A DNA stretch of 63,785 nt, filler included, from Collodictyon triciliatum (lineage: Eukaryota): assembly GCA_043381765.1 (NCBI GenBank). It is 16 parts of 16 records of this genome, joined end to end, with 100 filler letters (N's around TTAATTAATTAA, not from the genome) between each part and the next. Parts side by side here need not be neighbours in the genome. Positions count along the whole stretch, not along the records: positions 11,986 to 15,878 come from JBHJMP010006746.1; positions 15,979 to 19,924 come from JBHJMP010006747.1; positions 20,025 to 23,916 come from JBHJMP010006748.1; positions 24,017 to 27,907 come from JBHJMP010006749.1; 12 more parts are not named here. One strand, given 5' to 3'. The position numbers and the translations under genes were made by a program. Of the stretch, positions 12,568 through 24,435 are shown in pieces (the stretch's first letter is position 1; the number at the start of each line of letters is the position of its first letter). The notes below the pieces were generated by a model. It was not told where the DNA came from. It saw only the letters and a program-made list of their open reading frames with translations, and did no database searches.

Positions 12568-13599
12568 ACGTGTGATTTTTGTGCAAAACCAATGGGAAGC
12601 GTTGTTTTTTTTTTAAACCCAAATAGAAACGTGGTTTTTGTCAATGTAAAAACAAGACTGGAGAGGTGATCGAGATAGAAAGGAGGGAATGTGGCAAAAA
12701 TTCCTGACAAATTATGAATAGCATATGTAATATGTGCGATGAAAGGGAGTTGACGGGTTTCTTAAATTGAGTAGCCATGTGAATGTACAGTATTCTGTCT
12801 TTTTTCTGTAAGTACGTATGTGAATGATCTTCGGCTTTATGGAAGACCGTACAAAAAGGTGAGCTATTATACGATTTTCCAAGCTTCAATCCTTTCTTGT
12901 TCTTATTAGAACAATTGAGGTTTAGCGAATATTTACTCATGTACCAGATACGAAGAATAAGGTCTAGCTAACATTCTAGCACTTGGTTTGTTGGGAGAAT
13001 GTGAGCTTGAATTTCCAGTGTTTAGTTTCGCAGTTCTGGGCATATCGTTGTAAGGAATAAAAAAATAACTCTGCGCCAAAAATAAACTTGCCACATTTAT
13101 ATTGAATTAAGTGGGATATTAGTGAGTTACATCCACTACAAAGCTTATTTCATCGCGCTTATTATATTGTAGTGGAAGAAATATCCCCAATGTGCATACT
13201 CTCTAGATAAATACCCTTTTAAATGGAATGAAATGCATGTGGTATTTGATCTATGGAAATAAATATAGTGACATGTGACTGTGATAGAAACCCCATATAA
13301 CTATAGAGTGAGAAGTGTATGCTCGCTCCGGTTGTCACGCGAAACGTCTTTAGCCCAAATGAGCTGTCTGTTGAAAATAGATATATATATATCGCTCCTG
13401 TATGCACTAGTTCATGATTCGGCGCTTTGGCCCTCATCAGTAGCGTCGTATGAAATTCGTAACCTTTGCCTTATTTTGTGTTATAGTCGCTCATTCCAGG
13501 GTGCCGACTATGATAGCGTGAGCTCGCACCAAACGGCAACTTGTTTGTTAAAAGAAAAGTTGAAGCAGTGTATGTCATGGGAAAATATGCATGGTTGTG

Positions 13600-14870
13600 G
13601 TAGCTTGCCTTCACGATTCACCGAGCAAGTGTTGAAGTACTCTGTTCCCCTGGGTGCACAAAATTGTAACACCTCGTTAAAACGAAAGGTGCCAACAAGA
13701 GAACTCAATTTAGTCAGTCGGTAGTTGATGCACATACCTTTCGACTTAATATCAAGACGAATTAAATAATAGTATAATAATACTTTTGATACAGTACGAA
13801 CGACAGACGTGCTGTCCAGTAATAATTAGTAAGTATCCCTATTGGTCTAGTCAATCGGTTAGGACGCCAACTTGACGAATCTGCGGCTTTGAATTTCTTC
13901 TGGTACAGCTTCCTTGCAGGAACGTTTACTACTCATGCTTGCTCTTTACCAAGCACGCCATTTATCTCCCCTTGTACTGCCATGTACTCATGCGGTCTGA
14001 ATAAAGGAAAATGTGCGTGTGTGCTGCCTCCTCTCTCAGAAAACTATTTTTGATAGATTATGTTAGCTATTATAAAATATGTGACCGCAAAACTGAAGTA
14101 AAATGTAAAGGTCTTAGATTGATTTTGACCCTTCGGGGCTTAACACACTTACCTTCGTTCTATTAGTACCCTCCTCTATCCGTCATGCTAATGAGTTCGT
14201 GCTTAAAGGAAAGTATAAATAATGGTAAAAAGGGTTGTGTGTAGAGTAATAGACACATATCAAAATAGCTGGAAGGACGAGTTAATGGAAACCAAGTCTT
14301 CATAAAATGAAATAGACACTGGAGGGGTGTAGGAGACATGGCGTTGTGCAAGCGGAAGGTTGAAATGTTGTGGTGGCAGTACAGATCATAACATTGACCT
14401 TCGGAGTCACAGAGTCTGTATGTTCAGAGTAAGCTTTCTTGGAGTTCAGGCTATGGACTACATTGTTACTATCTAGTACCCTTTGACCTTTGCAATGTGA
14501 AACAACGGACCGCAAGATACTAATTGCTGGTCCAGTGGTATTTACCTACTATAAAATAAAAACGGTGCAATACATATTCAGGGGAGATAAAGAAAGTAAC
14601 GATGCGGTATTTAATATCACTAGACTTACTAAACTGTGTTTATAATTAAAATGTAGGCACCAAGAGGACGTATGCAGCAATTTGATACCCTGCAGCCCAG
14701 CTTGCACGGAGCAAAAGCCTGGGACTGACCTCTAGAATGTTTGTAAGTTTCTTAAACATGATAAAATGTTGAGTTGAAATGGGGGCGTCGAAATATGAAC
14801 CCGGCGATGGAATCTAGAAATTTATTTGATTTTTCGAATGACTCCATCGAACTAATCGTCTTGTGTGGAA
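13600..14870 (-). pseudogene. Heavily decayed non-LTR retrotransposon remnant (RNase H plus possible CCHC finger)
   Basis: Frameshifted motifs appear in the expected order: ISxDGSF (~14845), SVQAGLQGI (~14700), HIAKVKG/DSNNVVHSL (~14480), then C..FC...TE.LQHLLGE (~13640). Confidence 0.5.
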
Positions 14871-15540
14871 GCGCAGCAGGTTAATGTCCGAATATCTCGA
14901 GTTCTGTGGTATGTTGCGCTAGTGTATATGAACCAAAAAACCAACAAACAGACCACAATTATCCTGAAATTAAGCAGAAATGATACGAAAATAGATTTGT
15001 TGATAGAATATTTGACTTAATTTTCTTTATTTGTATAATTTTGTTCTTTTGGTGCCGGAAACGGATGTGCAGGATTTTATACAATTTCGTACAGATTCTA
15101 GATATAGACCACAGATTTAATTTGGTATGATTAGTATTGTATTCGCTTCAATTCGCTTCCTTCTTCCACCCACAACAGAACTGTTCTGCGGCAAATTAAC
15201 CCGCACAGCAAGTCGCTCGAATGGAAGTCGTGTGAAAGGAATGGAAGTCAGAGTCTATAACAAAACCCTCCTTCATTGTCTCGGTTGTCACTCTACTGTC
15301 CTTCGTCTACAATAATCATTGATGAATCACTTCCACTCACTCAACCCTTTAACTACGAAAAGAGGCGAGGTAGCTTTCTCCGTCCCAAAGCGCGGAAGTT
15401 TAGAAGGATTGTCTTGAATCCTTGGCTTCTCTTTGGTTATCTCAACAAAAAAAAAAAATTATGCCCCCACCGGACACCTCGTCTTCCTCTCTTCCCACGC
15501 TCTCCGAGGAGATTGAAATATTAAGGGGGAATGAAAATTC

Positions 15541-15833
15541 TCTCCTTTTCTATTCAAAGTACAGCAAGGTTATGTTACATATGGTGTGAGATAGATGCGC
15601 ATGGGAGAGAGCAAACGCGAGTAGGAGAAGACACTACTGTGGAGGGGCTAGCACAGGAAAGAAGTCAGTGATAGCGGGTTGGTCAGGTGGGCGACCCAAC
15701 TGGTTGATTGGTTGCGTAGACAGCAGGGGTTGGATATGCTGTGGGAGATATCGCACGACACAAGAGAGCACTTCATAAATGTGTGTTCGATAGTCATCTC
15801 CACTATGGCACATGACGCATTCTGCGGGTGGCT
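15541..15833 (-). mobile_element. 3' end of a LINE-like element, copy 2, including the ORF2 C-terminal CCHC finger
   Basis: Homologous to 10975-11170. The upstream part translates as EPPAECVMCH/(frameshift)VEMTIEHTFMKC. Confidence 0.75.
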
Positions 15834-15978
15834 CTTTTTTCTTTTCTTTTTTCTTTTCTTTTTTCTTTTCTTTTTTCTNNNNNNNNNNNNNNNNNNNNNN
15901 NNNNNNNNNNNNNNNNNNNNNNTTAATTAATTAANNNNNNNNNNNNNNNNNNNNNNNNNNNNNNNNNNNNNNNNNNNN

Positions 15979-17443
15979 AAAGCAAGGCTCGTTACAATTC
16001 CAGTGTGTCCACTTAATGTTCTAATTAATCTTCCATCAGATATGTTGGTAATTTTTATTGTTTCATCGCTACTTCCTGATATAACACTAGTTCCATCCGT
16101 TGTGGTTACAAGACAGTATATGGACTCACTATGGACCAAGAATGATTTGATCAAAGACCCGTCGTCAACATTCCAAACTTTAATCGATTTGTCATTGCTT
16201 CCAGAAATTACTTTGGAGCTATCTGGTGATAGTATTAATGTGTTAACGACATCTGTATGTCCAATTAATGTCCTGATTAAATTGCCATTTAACAGATTCC
16301 ATATCCTAATGATATTATCTGAATGCCCTGATATTGTTATTGATTTCGATTGAGACGAAGTTATGCTTGAAATTCTAGAGCCTCTTGAGTATATAAGAGA
16401 TCCATCAGAAAGATTCCAAAGTCTTACAGTTCGGTCATGGCTTCCAGAAATAATTTTTGAGCCATCAGGGGAGACGAAAACACTCAATACACGATGTAAA
16501 TGACCAGTCAATGTGAGAATCAAACCTCCATCGGAAATATTCCAGATTTTTATTGTACTGTCCCAACTTCCAGAAACAATTTTTGAACTATCAGGAGTAA
16601 GAAAGGTACTCTCGACTCTCGATGAGTGGCCAGTCAGTGTGCGAATCAAAGTTCCATCAGAAAGATTCCAGATTTTGATTGTTCTATCATCACCACCAGA
16701 AACAATTTTTGAGCCATCAGTAGTTATAGCAACACTCCAAACCCAATTAGTATGACCAGTCAATGTGCGAATCAAAGTTCCATCAGAAATATTCCAAATT
16801 TTGATTGTAGTATCCCAACTTCCAGAAACAATTTTTGAACCATCAGGAGAAACAGAAACACTCCTAACAGTACTAGTATGACCAGTTAATGTGCGAATCA
16901 AAGCTCCATCAGAAAGATTCCAGATTTTGACTGTATTATCCCAACTTCCAGAAACAATTTTTGAATCATCTGTAGAAGCAGCAACAGTGTAAACCCCACT
17001 TGTATGACCAGTCAATGTGCGAATCAATGCTCCATCAGAAAGATTCCAAATTTTGATAGTATAATCCCAACTTCCAGAAACAATTTTTGTGGAGTCATAT
17101 GTTACAGCAACACTAGTAACATCATTACTATGACCAGTCAATGTCCTAATTAATGCTCCATCGAAGAGATTCCAAATCTTGATAGTTTTGTCTAAGCTTG
17201 CAGATATTATATTCGAGCCATCAGGCGAAATTGTAACACCACGGACAAGGTCTATGTGACCTGTTCCAACAGTGTAAATCGATGATACTTGCCCTTTAAC
17301 AGGACACAATTGGCAGTGAAGCATCAATCCTAAAATTATATTATTAAAATTCTATGTAATTTGTAGTCAATAAAATTAAAACAAATAATTTGTAACTCAC
17401 CCAACAGCAACAGAGCTGCAAACGACTTTGAGTTCAATCTCAT
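15979..17443 (-). CDS. Signal-peptide-bearing WD40-repeat protein, 3'-partial (exon 1 17443-17401, exon 2 17329-15979)
   Basis: Splicing gives MRLNSKSFAALLLLGLMLHCQLCPVKG-QV, followed by about 11 WD40 repeats of 42 aa/126 bp (LIRTLTGHxxxVxSV...DGSKIVSGSxDxTIKIWN). Confidence 0.92.
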
Positions 17444-20024
17444 TCTAAACTAATGTGATGAGCGTTTAAAGATTTATACAAAATTTTATGAAGTGATGTA
17501 ATACCCAATGAACCCATTTTCTTTAACAACTAATATTGAATCATTCTACTCAATTATCATTGATTCATTCAAAAATACATAGATAGATTATCTTCACATA
17601 ACTTCAATAATACTCATATAATAAAATCTCTCAAAATCTATAAAATACTCTTATTAATATCCATTGATAAACATGACCATTTCATTTGATGGTATAGTGA
17701 CTTATTCAATTAATTTATTTATATTAAAAATGCAAAATAGTCATCATATCAAAGTAAATCGATATCAACTGTTAGTTGATATAATTGATAAAAATTCATT
17801 AGACTTCGGTTATATTTTTAGCAAGGTCATTTTTGTATCAATTATAATTAGATTTTGATTTGATATTTATAGGAAAATCACTAATCAATTATTAGATAAA
17901 TCATGCCTTAAAAACAAATCAATCAATTTACGACATACGGAAAACAATATTAAGTATGGGACTCATGCAAATAAGCCTTATTGTGAATAGAACATGAGAA
18001 TAAATCAAAGGAAAAATCAAGCAAAAGTTTAAATGATAGGATAATACATGTTTCAGTTTGAGAAGAATAGGTCTGCTTCGTCTAAGTGATAAATCAATAA
18101 ATTGTGGTGACCAAAAATAGCTGACGATTCCACAACAGACTTTTTAAATCAAAATATATCACACCTATAATTAAAAAATATGGAATTAATTATTATTATT
18201 CAAACAATTGCACGATTTTAATAGGATTCAATATGATGAAACAGTTATATGTTATGTATATCAGGAAATTAAATCTATAATAAAATTATGAATAAAACAT
18301 GTTATCAAGGAAAACCGTGTCAATCATTTGCTTACATTTTTCACATTTCGTATATAAATATTGATAAAGTAAAGAAATAATTAATAAATTGGTTGTTCAA
18401 TCATGTATTCTTTATGATGATTTCTTAATGCACAAAACATCCAATATTTTAATTAATCGACCAAAAATACATCATATATTTAATTTGTTTTTTCAGCATT
18501 CCAGAATTGGATTAGCGGATTATATGATATTTCAAAGTAAGAAGTGGTTAATGGCATATAATTTTAATATCTTATCGATTGTTATATTGATTAATCATGA
18601 GATTTATGGGAATAACATTAAAATTAAAATGACATATACGATAATTAATTTAAGTGCAAGTATTAATAGATTCTTCATCAGATGAATATTGTAAAATATA
18701 ATTTCATGAGATATTGTTTACCAGAATCAGTGATATCCTTTGATTAATTGCTTTATTTGTTGAACATTTATCTTAATATTCCTCTAAATGGAAAACTATA
18801 AATACCAAGATATTCCAATAAAAATTAATCAAGCTATTATTAATTATTCATTATCACAATGTGCATATTCGTCGAGATACACTGATTCAATTCGTTTATT
18901 GCTTCCGTATAATATTTATACATATAATTAATCAGACAATCATAACTTTATAATAGTCATATTATTAGATAACTTACTCTGATATAACGATAAAATAATT
19001 ACTGTTCGCTTGACTATATCGAATGAATATCATACAGGAGCAAACAGAAATATTTCCTTTAGAACATGGATTTCGATAATATCTGATAGAAATTAAAATT
19101 ATGATTTAATGTAACTTAGCAAATTGTCTTTCAGTTAACTATATTATTGATTATATATAAAATATTTTAACCCTTGAAGTATAACCGTCTATGTACAAAA
19201 TAGGGGCTCAAGCGATGAACTACATCCTAATATTCAGTAAATTTTCAGCAACCAATCGATTGTAGTATTAAAAGATGTTGTGTGAGTATTGGATATCATC
19301 TCTAATAGATTTCATGATTCACAACCAGTTTCAGAATTATTATGCATTTATTTTCCTGATTCATATCAATTATTATCTCATTCCCTATCATAAGTCCCAA
19401 ATATAGTGATTTTTAATTAATCTCTCTTTAAAGTGACATATTTGTGACAGTAACCATATTAATATGATTCATCGAGCTAAAACCAGCTATACTAATCAAA
19501 ACCAAATCACTCTGATAAAAAATTGTTCTATTATTATGACTTTTAATAGTGATATGTTTAATGTAAATCATATATTTCATTGAGATTTTAAGACTGTGTG
19601 CTATAAAGTTTCTTTGGAGCTTTGAATAGAATAAGTCTATTGCACTAAGGTTAGTACTAGATTTTGATACAAAATATAATTATTACTATGATAAAGGAAA
19701 CACAGGTCTGAATATTAATAAATTTACTATCACAATCGTTTCAACGGTAATTTATAATTGAAAATTTAGTCATTGAGGTATTTTACGTGTGCATCAATAC
19801 AGAGATAATGTTCCTAGTTGAAAACTGATGAATAATAGATAAAGAAATTAAATTGTAATCGTATTTAATACTTGTACTCTGCCATATTTTGACCAAACAT
19901 AATAAACTGAACACTATCAGACTTNNNNNNNNNNNNNNNNNNNNNNNNNNNNNNNNNNNNNNNNNNNNTTAATTAATTAANNNNNNNNNNNNNNNNNNNN
20001 NNNNNNNNNNNNNNNNNNNNNNNN

Positions 20025-20188
20025 AGTGAGAGAGTGAGAGAGTGAGAGAGTGAGAGAGTGAGAGAGTGAGAGAGTGAGAGAGTGAGAGAGTGAGAGAGTG
20101 AGAGAGTGAGAGAGTGAGTGAGTGAGTGAGTGAGAGAGTGAGAGAGTGAGAGAGTGAGAGAGTGAGAGAGTGAGAGAGTGAGAGAGTG
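20025..20188. repeat. (GAGAGTGA)n microsatellite
   Basis: Tandem 8-mer at the contig end. Confidence 0.95.
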
Positions 20189-20193
20189 ATATT

Positions 20194-23100
20194 TTAAAGA
20201 GATGTTGCAGTATCAGCAAAATCCATCATTTCATTTCTTTTTTTCATCGATTCCCATTTTTTTCTCATGTAATTGATGGCAGACGATTTCACCACGGCTT
20301 CATAAATTGGCTCTACAAATCTTTCTATTTTACCCAAGAAAGACACAAGCAAAGCAGGCCCAGCTTTCATTAAAGATACTGCTGCAATCATTCCGTTCAA
20401 CATAACAACCAGTGCCACAAGAAAATATTCGGAAAATAAACTTAGTTCTGTAAATCTAAATAAAAGACTTGTCATCAAGGTAAAGTAAAGGACCGATATT
20501 GAGTAAAGCTGTGACTTCCTGAGCACTTTGGAAATAAATGGCTTGAAATAAAGCGATGATGCAATCGTCAATAAAAGTAACCATAAGCCAAAGTAAATTT
20601 GCAAGGCTGATGAAAAGAAAATGGTTATCAGAACAACAAGCAGTTTTTGCATCATAGTCACGATTTCCCAGTAAAAACATTCTTCAGTGTATCCATCAAC
20701 CAAAAATCGGAGTAAGTTGTAAGTACTTGAAGCCGGATCAATCAGTGATGACCTTTTGTAAAACATATATGCAGCGAGAATAAACGGGCCACCAAAGCAA
20801 TACAGAATCACGTAAACAAGAGCAATATTTTTCCAAATGAGGTAAGTCGCATCATCACACATTATTGACATGTCAGCCATCAGGAAAATTTCATCACCAA
20901 ACCTCTCGCAACGGAAGATGTTTGATATTGACGACATAATCGTGGGATGAACAAAAAATAGCATAACCATCATGGAAAAAATAAACTCTTGGTTGATTTT
21001 GAAGAAAGTAACATCTCTGCTATTGATTTGATTGGTTCTTAATTTCCAAACTATTTTGGCTGTAACTATAAAAAGAATCACTCCTATCAGAATCAAAGGG
21101 GTTATCATTGAATACAAAACCTTATCATATATTGTCATTTCAAATCTGCATTCCATGGGATACGTGTCTATTGATAACGAAAAGGAAAAGAGAGCTGGTA
21201 TTTTCATTATTGAGAGTATGGCGGAGCTCCAGTCGACATCAAAGTTCGCTAGATATGACAAAACTTGGAAATGGGATGCAAGTGTTTTTAGAATCTGTAT
21301 TTTAGTTGTCTTTGGTTGTCTTGATTGCTCTATCATGAAAAAAACAAATAATAGCGGTGCTGCAATACTTAGGAATACTAGAAACCCGCTCGTTCCTTGG
21401 TTGGGGCATTTAGTGCAATAAACACCGGTTTTACCAAATCCCTTTTCACAAACACTGCATAAAGCTCCGGTATATCCTGTCGCACATGTGTTGTTTCCTC
21501 CTTTACAAGCATCTTCATTTAGGCATTTGTAAGCTATGTATTTTCCATTTGATGTTGATGCTTTCCAATATCCTGGTGCGACACTAGGTTTAATGCTTCC
21601 ATCACAGATAAAACCTGTTGGACAATCTATGCATTTCTGAGTCTTTGCCTCGAGATATGTAGATGGAAGACATTTGCAATCTGAAAAATATTCTGATGCA
21701 GTCATATTTGTAAATGAATTTATTGGGCATTTTTCGCAAAATGTTTGTCCATAATTTTCGTTGTAAGTGCCTGGTGGGCATTCATAGCAGTTCTTCTGCT
21801 TTTCATACCATCCAGGTTTGCATTCACAAGTAGAATTTCTGAGATCAAATCCATTGCTGCAGACACAATCGGTTGAAGTAATCGAGCCATTATTTTTTGT
21901 CGTAAACTTATCTCCGCATGAAAGGCAGAAATTTGTGTCGTGTGTTGACTTGTATGAACCTATTCTGCAAGGAACACATTTATTGCTATCCTCAAATTGC
22001 CCGGGAGGGCATGTGCAGGCACCATTGAATGATATATAGGAATCTATACATTTGCACTCATAGATTGATTTGGAACCCTCTTTAATTGTGGTTGAGCGTG
22101 TGGGACATAATGCACATGATGCGCTTCTCTGTGGACTGTAGCTCCCTTTTGAACATTCAATGCATGATGATTTGTTGAATGAACCAGTTTTGTTGTTGAA
22201 TGTACCAGCTGGGCACGATAAACATTCATCTCTTTGTTCATTTCCATACGTTCCTTGTGGACACTCAATACATGATGCCTTGTTTGTTGAGCCAAATCTT
22301 GGATTGTATGTTCCGTCAGTACAATTTTTGCACCCATTTTGACCAAGATTTGGATTGTAAGAACCAGGTTGGCAAAGCTCACATGTTGATTCACCCGATT
22401 TTGATGAAAATCTTCCTTGTGGGCACGGCTGACAGTTGCTTATGCTGGTTGATGCAACATTTGGATTATAAGTCCCAGCCGAACATTTTTCGCAGGTGAT
22501 TGATTTTGTTTTGTTTGAGTAAGTGCCAGTAGAGCACGGATTGCAAAATTGCTTTCCTTTCTCATTCATGAAAAATCCAGCAGGACAATCAAAACAACTC
22601 GACTTTCCATCAACGCTATTGTATGTTCCTGGTTCACATAAAAGACAGGACGAATTTCCAGCACCTCTAATGCTTGTACTGAACGTTCCTGCTGGGCATG
22701 GTCTACAAGACCTATATCCCTCATCGCTGTAAAATCCGGCAGTACAGTTGTTACATATTACTTGCCCATTAAGATTATTGAATGTCCCAGCCTCGCATTT
22801 CTTGCAAATTGATTGGCCCACAAGATTATTGTATGACCCTTCCTCACATAGAAGACAATCTTTAAGACTTGTTGAACCAGTTGATGGGTTATAAGTTCCA
22901 GTTGGGCATAGTAAACAAGAGGTGAGCTCATTTCCATTATTGTAAGAACCAGTTGGACATTTCTCGCATGCATTTGATTGTTGATTGAAAAAGTATCCTC
23001 CTTGGCATGGACTCCATACTTTGATAAATGTGTCAGAGCTCGCTGAAATTATTTTCGAATCAATAGTAGCAAATACACCATTTACAGTATTGGTGTGACT

Positions 23101-23916
23101 GAAAAGCGTCCGAACCTCCCGTCCATCTGACATTGTCCATATTTTTACTGATTTATCACTGCTTGCAGAATAGATTTTAGTTCCATCAGATGTCACTGAA
23201 ATGCTATTGACTGAGCTTGTGTGTCCTGTTAGAGTTCGAATTAACAAGCCATCTGACATGTTCCAAATTTTGATTGTGTTATCGCTGCTTCCAGAGATAA
23301 TTCTTGTCCCATCTGGAGATGATATAACACATCTGACAGCATTTCCATGACCGGTTATGGTTCTGAGTAATGCTCCATCAGACATATTCCATACTATTAT
23401 TGAAAAATCAGAACTTCCTGATATAATTTTTTTATTATCTGGAGTGATAAAAACAGAATTCACTCCCTTTGTATGACTCGATAAGGCTCTAATTATGATT
23501 CCATCTGAAACCCTCCAAACATTTATATTCATGTCATCACTTCCTGATACTATAACAGAACTATCTGGTGATATAGCAACGCTTCGAATAGCTGCAGTAT
23601 GTCCACTGAATGTTTTTAATAGTAAACCATCTGAGAAATTCCAAATTTTTACCGTCTTGTCGCTGCTTCCTGAGACGATATTTTTTCCATCTGCCGAAAC
23701 AACAACACAATTCACAGCACTTGTATGGGCATTTATCGAAAGAGCTTGAGAACCATCAGCATAATACCAGATTCTTACTGTGTTATCACTACTTCCTGAC
23801 ACAATTTTTGATTTATCTGGGCTCAAATAAACGCTATTCACTGTACTTGTGTGACCTGAGACTGTCAGAATCAAGCTGAAATCAGGAAAATTCCACATTT
23901 TAATTGTTGTGTCATC
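20194..23916 (-). CDS. WD40 repeats + Cys-rich (GCC2/GCC3, ephrin-receptor-like/TNFR-like) repeats + multipass membrane domain; intronless, 5'-partial
   Basis: The open frame exceeds 1234 aa. It holds 7 WD40 repeats, many CxxCPxGTY/F units, CxxGYTGALCSVC, then about 8-9 hydrophobic segments with FQVL, HPTI, FRC, ADMSIxC and YWEIV. Confidence 0.92.
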   Translation of the reverse strand, partial: DDTTIKMWNFPDFSLILTVSGHTSTVNSVYLSPDKSKIVSGSSDNTVRIWYYADGSQALSINAHTSAVNCVVVSADGKNIVSGSSDKTVKIWNFSDGLLLKTFSGHTAAIRSVAISPDSSVIVSGSDDMNINVWRVSDGIIIRALSSHTKGVNSVFITPDNKKIISGSSDFSIIVWNMSDGALLRTITGHGNAVRCVISSPDGTRIISGSSDNTIKIWNMSDGLLIRTLTGHTSSVNSISVTSDGTKIYSASSDKSVKIWTMSDGREVRTLFSHTNTVNGVFATIDSKIISASSDTFIKVWSPCQGGYFFNQQSNACEKCPTGSYNNGNELTSCLLCPTGTYNPSTGSTSLKDCLLCEEGSYNNLVGQSICKKCEAGTFNNLNGQVICNNCTAGFYSDEGYRSCRPCPAGTFSTSIRGAGNSSCLLCEPGTYNSVDGKSSCFDCPAGFFMNEKGKQFCNPCSTGTYSNKTKSITCEKCSAGTYNPNVASTSISNCQPCPQGRFSSKSGESTCELCQPGSYNPNLGQNGCKNCTDGTYNPRFGSTNKASCIECPQGTYGNEQRDECLSCPAGTFNNKTGSFNKSSCIECSKGSYSPQRSASCALCPTRSTTIKEGSKSIYECKCIDSYISFNGACTCPPGQFEDSNKCVPCRIGSYKSTHDTNFCLSCGDKFTTKNNGSITSTDCVCSNGFDLRNSTCECKPGWYEKQKNCYECPPGTYNENYGQTFCEKCPINSFTNMTASEYFSDCKCLPSTYLEAKTQKCIDCPTGFICDGSIKPSVAPGYWKASTSNGKYIAYKCLNEDACKGGNNTCATGYTGALCSVCEKGFGKTGVYCTKCPNQGTSGFLVFLSIAAPLLFVFFMIEQSRQPKTTKIQILKTLASHFQVLSYLANFDVDWSSAILSIMKIPALFSFSLSIDTYPMECRFEMTIYDKVLYSMITPLILIGVILFIVTAKIVWKLRTNQINSRDVTFFKINQEFIFSMMVMLFFVHPTIMSSISNIFRCERFGDEIFLMADMSIMCDDATYLIWKNIALVYVILYCFGGPFILAAYMFYKRSSLIDPASSTYNLLRFLVDGYTEECFYWEIVTMMQKLLVVLITIFFSSALQIYFGLWLLLLTIASSLYFKPFISKVLRKSQLYSISVLYFTLMTSLLFRFTELSLFSEYFLVALVVMLNGMIAAVSLMKAGPALLVSFLGKIERFVEPIYEAVVKSSAINYMRKKWESMKKRNEMMDFADTATSL

Positions 23917-24435
23917 NNNNNNNNNNNNNNNNNNNNNNNNNNNNNNNNNNNNNNNNNNNNTTAATTAATTAANNNNNNNNNNNNNNNNNNNNNNNNNNNN
24001 NNNNNNNNNNNNNNNNTTTTTTCTTTTTTTCTTTTTTTCTTTTTTTCTTTTTTTCTTTTTTTCTTTTTTTCTTTTTTTCTTTTTTTCTTTTTTTCTTTTT
24101 TTCTTTTTTTCTTTTTTTGGCTGTTCATAAATGTTCAAAATAAAACATCATTGATGGAGCAATCGCCTTGCTGTTGTACGTGAACATCTGTGCTTGTATC
24201 TTATGAAACAATTGCTGATACAGAACTCATATCACTTTATCTTATCCCTTTCAGCCCCATTATCACCGCCATCAAAATGCTTGTCACGCAAACCACACAC
24301 GCCCTAAGGAAAACCAAACCCACAAGCACAACGAGCTAGCGTGCGCAAGAAAAAGGGGTATCATACCCTATATATCAATAGGTATGGTATCTGTTTGGAT
24401 TTCGGATTCGTTGAATAAATTCCAGAAAGAGGTTT

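Noticed and set aside
13836-13870. tRNA-like 5' half (TGGTCTAGT...GGTTAGGA)
   Set aside because: No anticodon or T arm, and it lies inside the decayed retroelement region.
16003-16755. Plus-strand ORFs opposite the WD40 gene, and likewise the Pro-rich plus-strand ORFs at 56727-57669
   Set aside because: Antisense shadows of repetitive or Gly-rich coding sequence.
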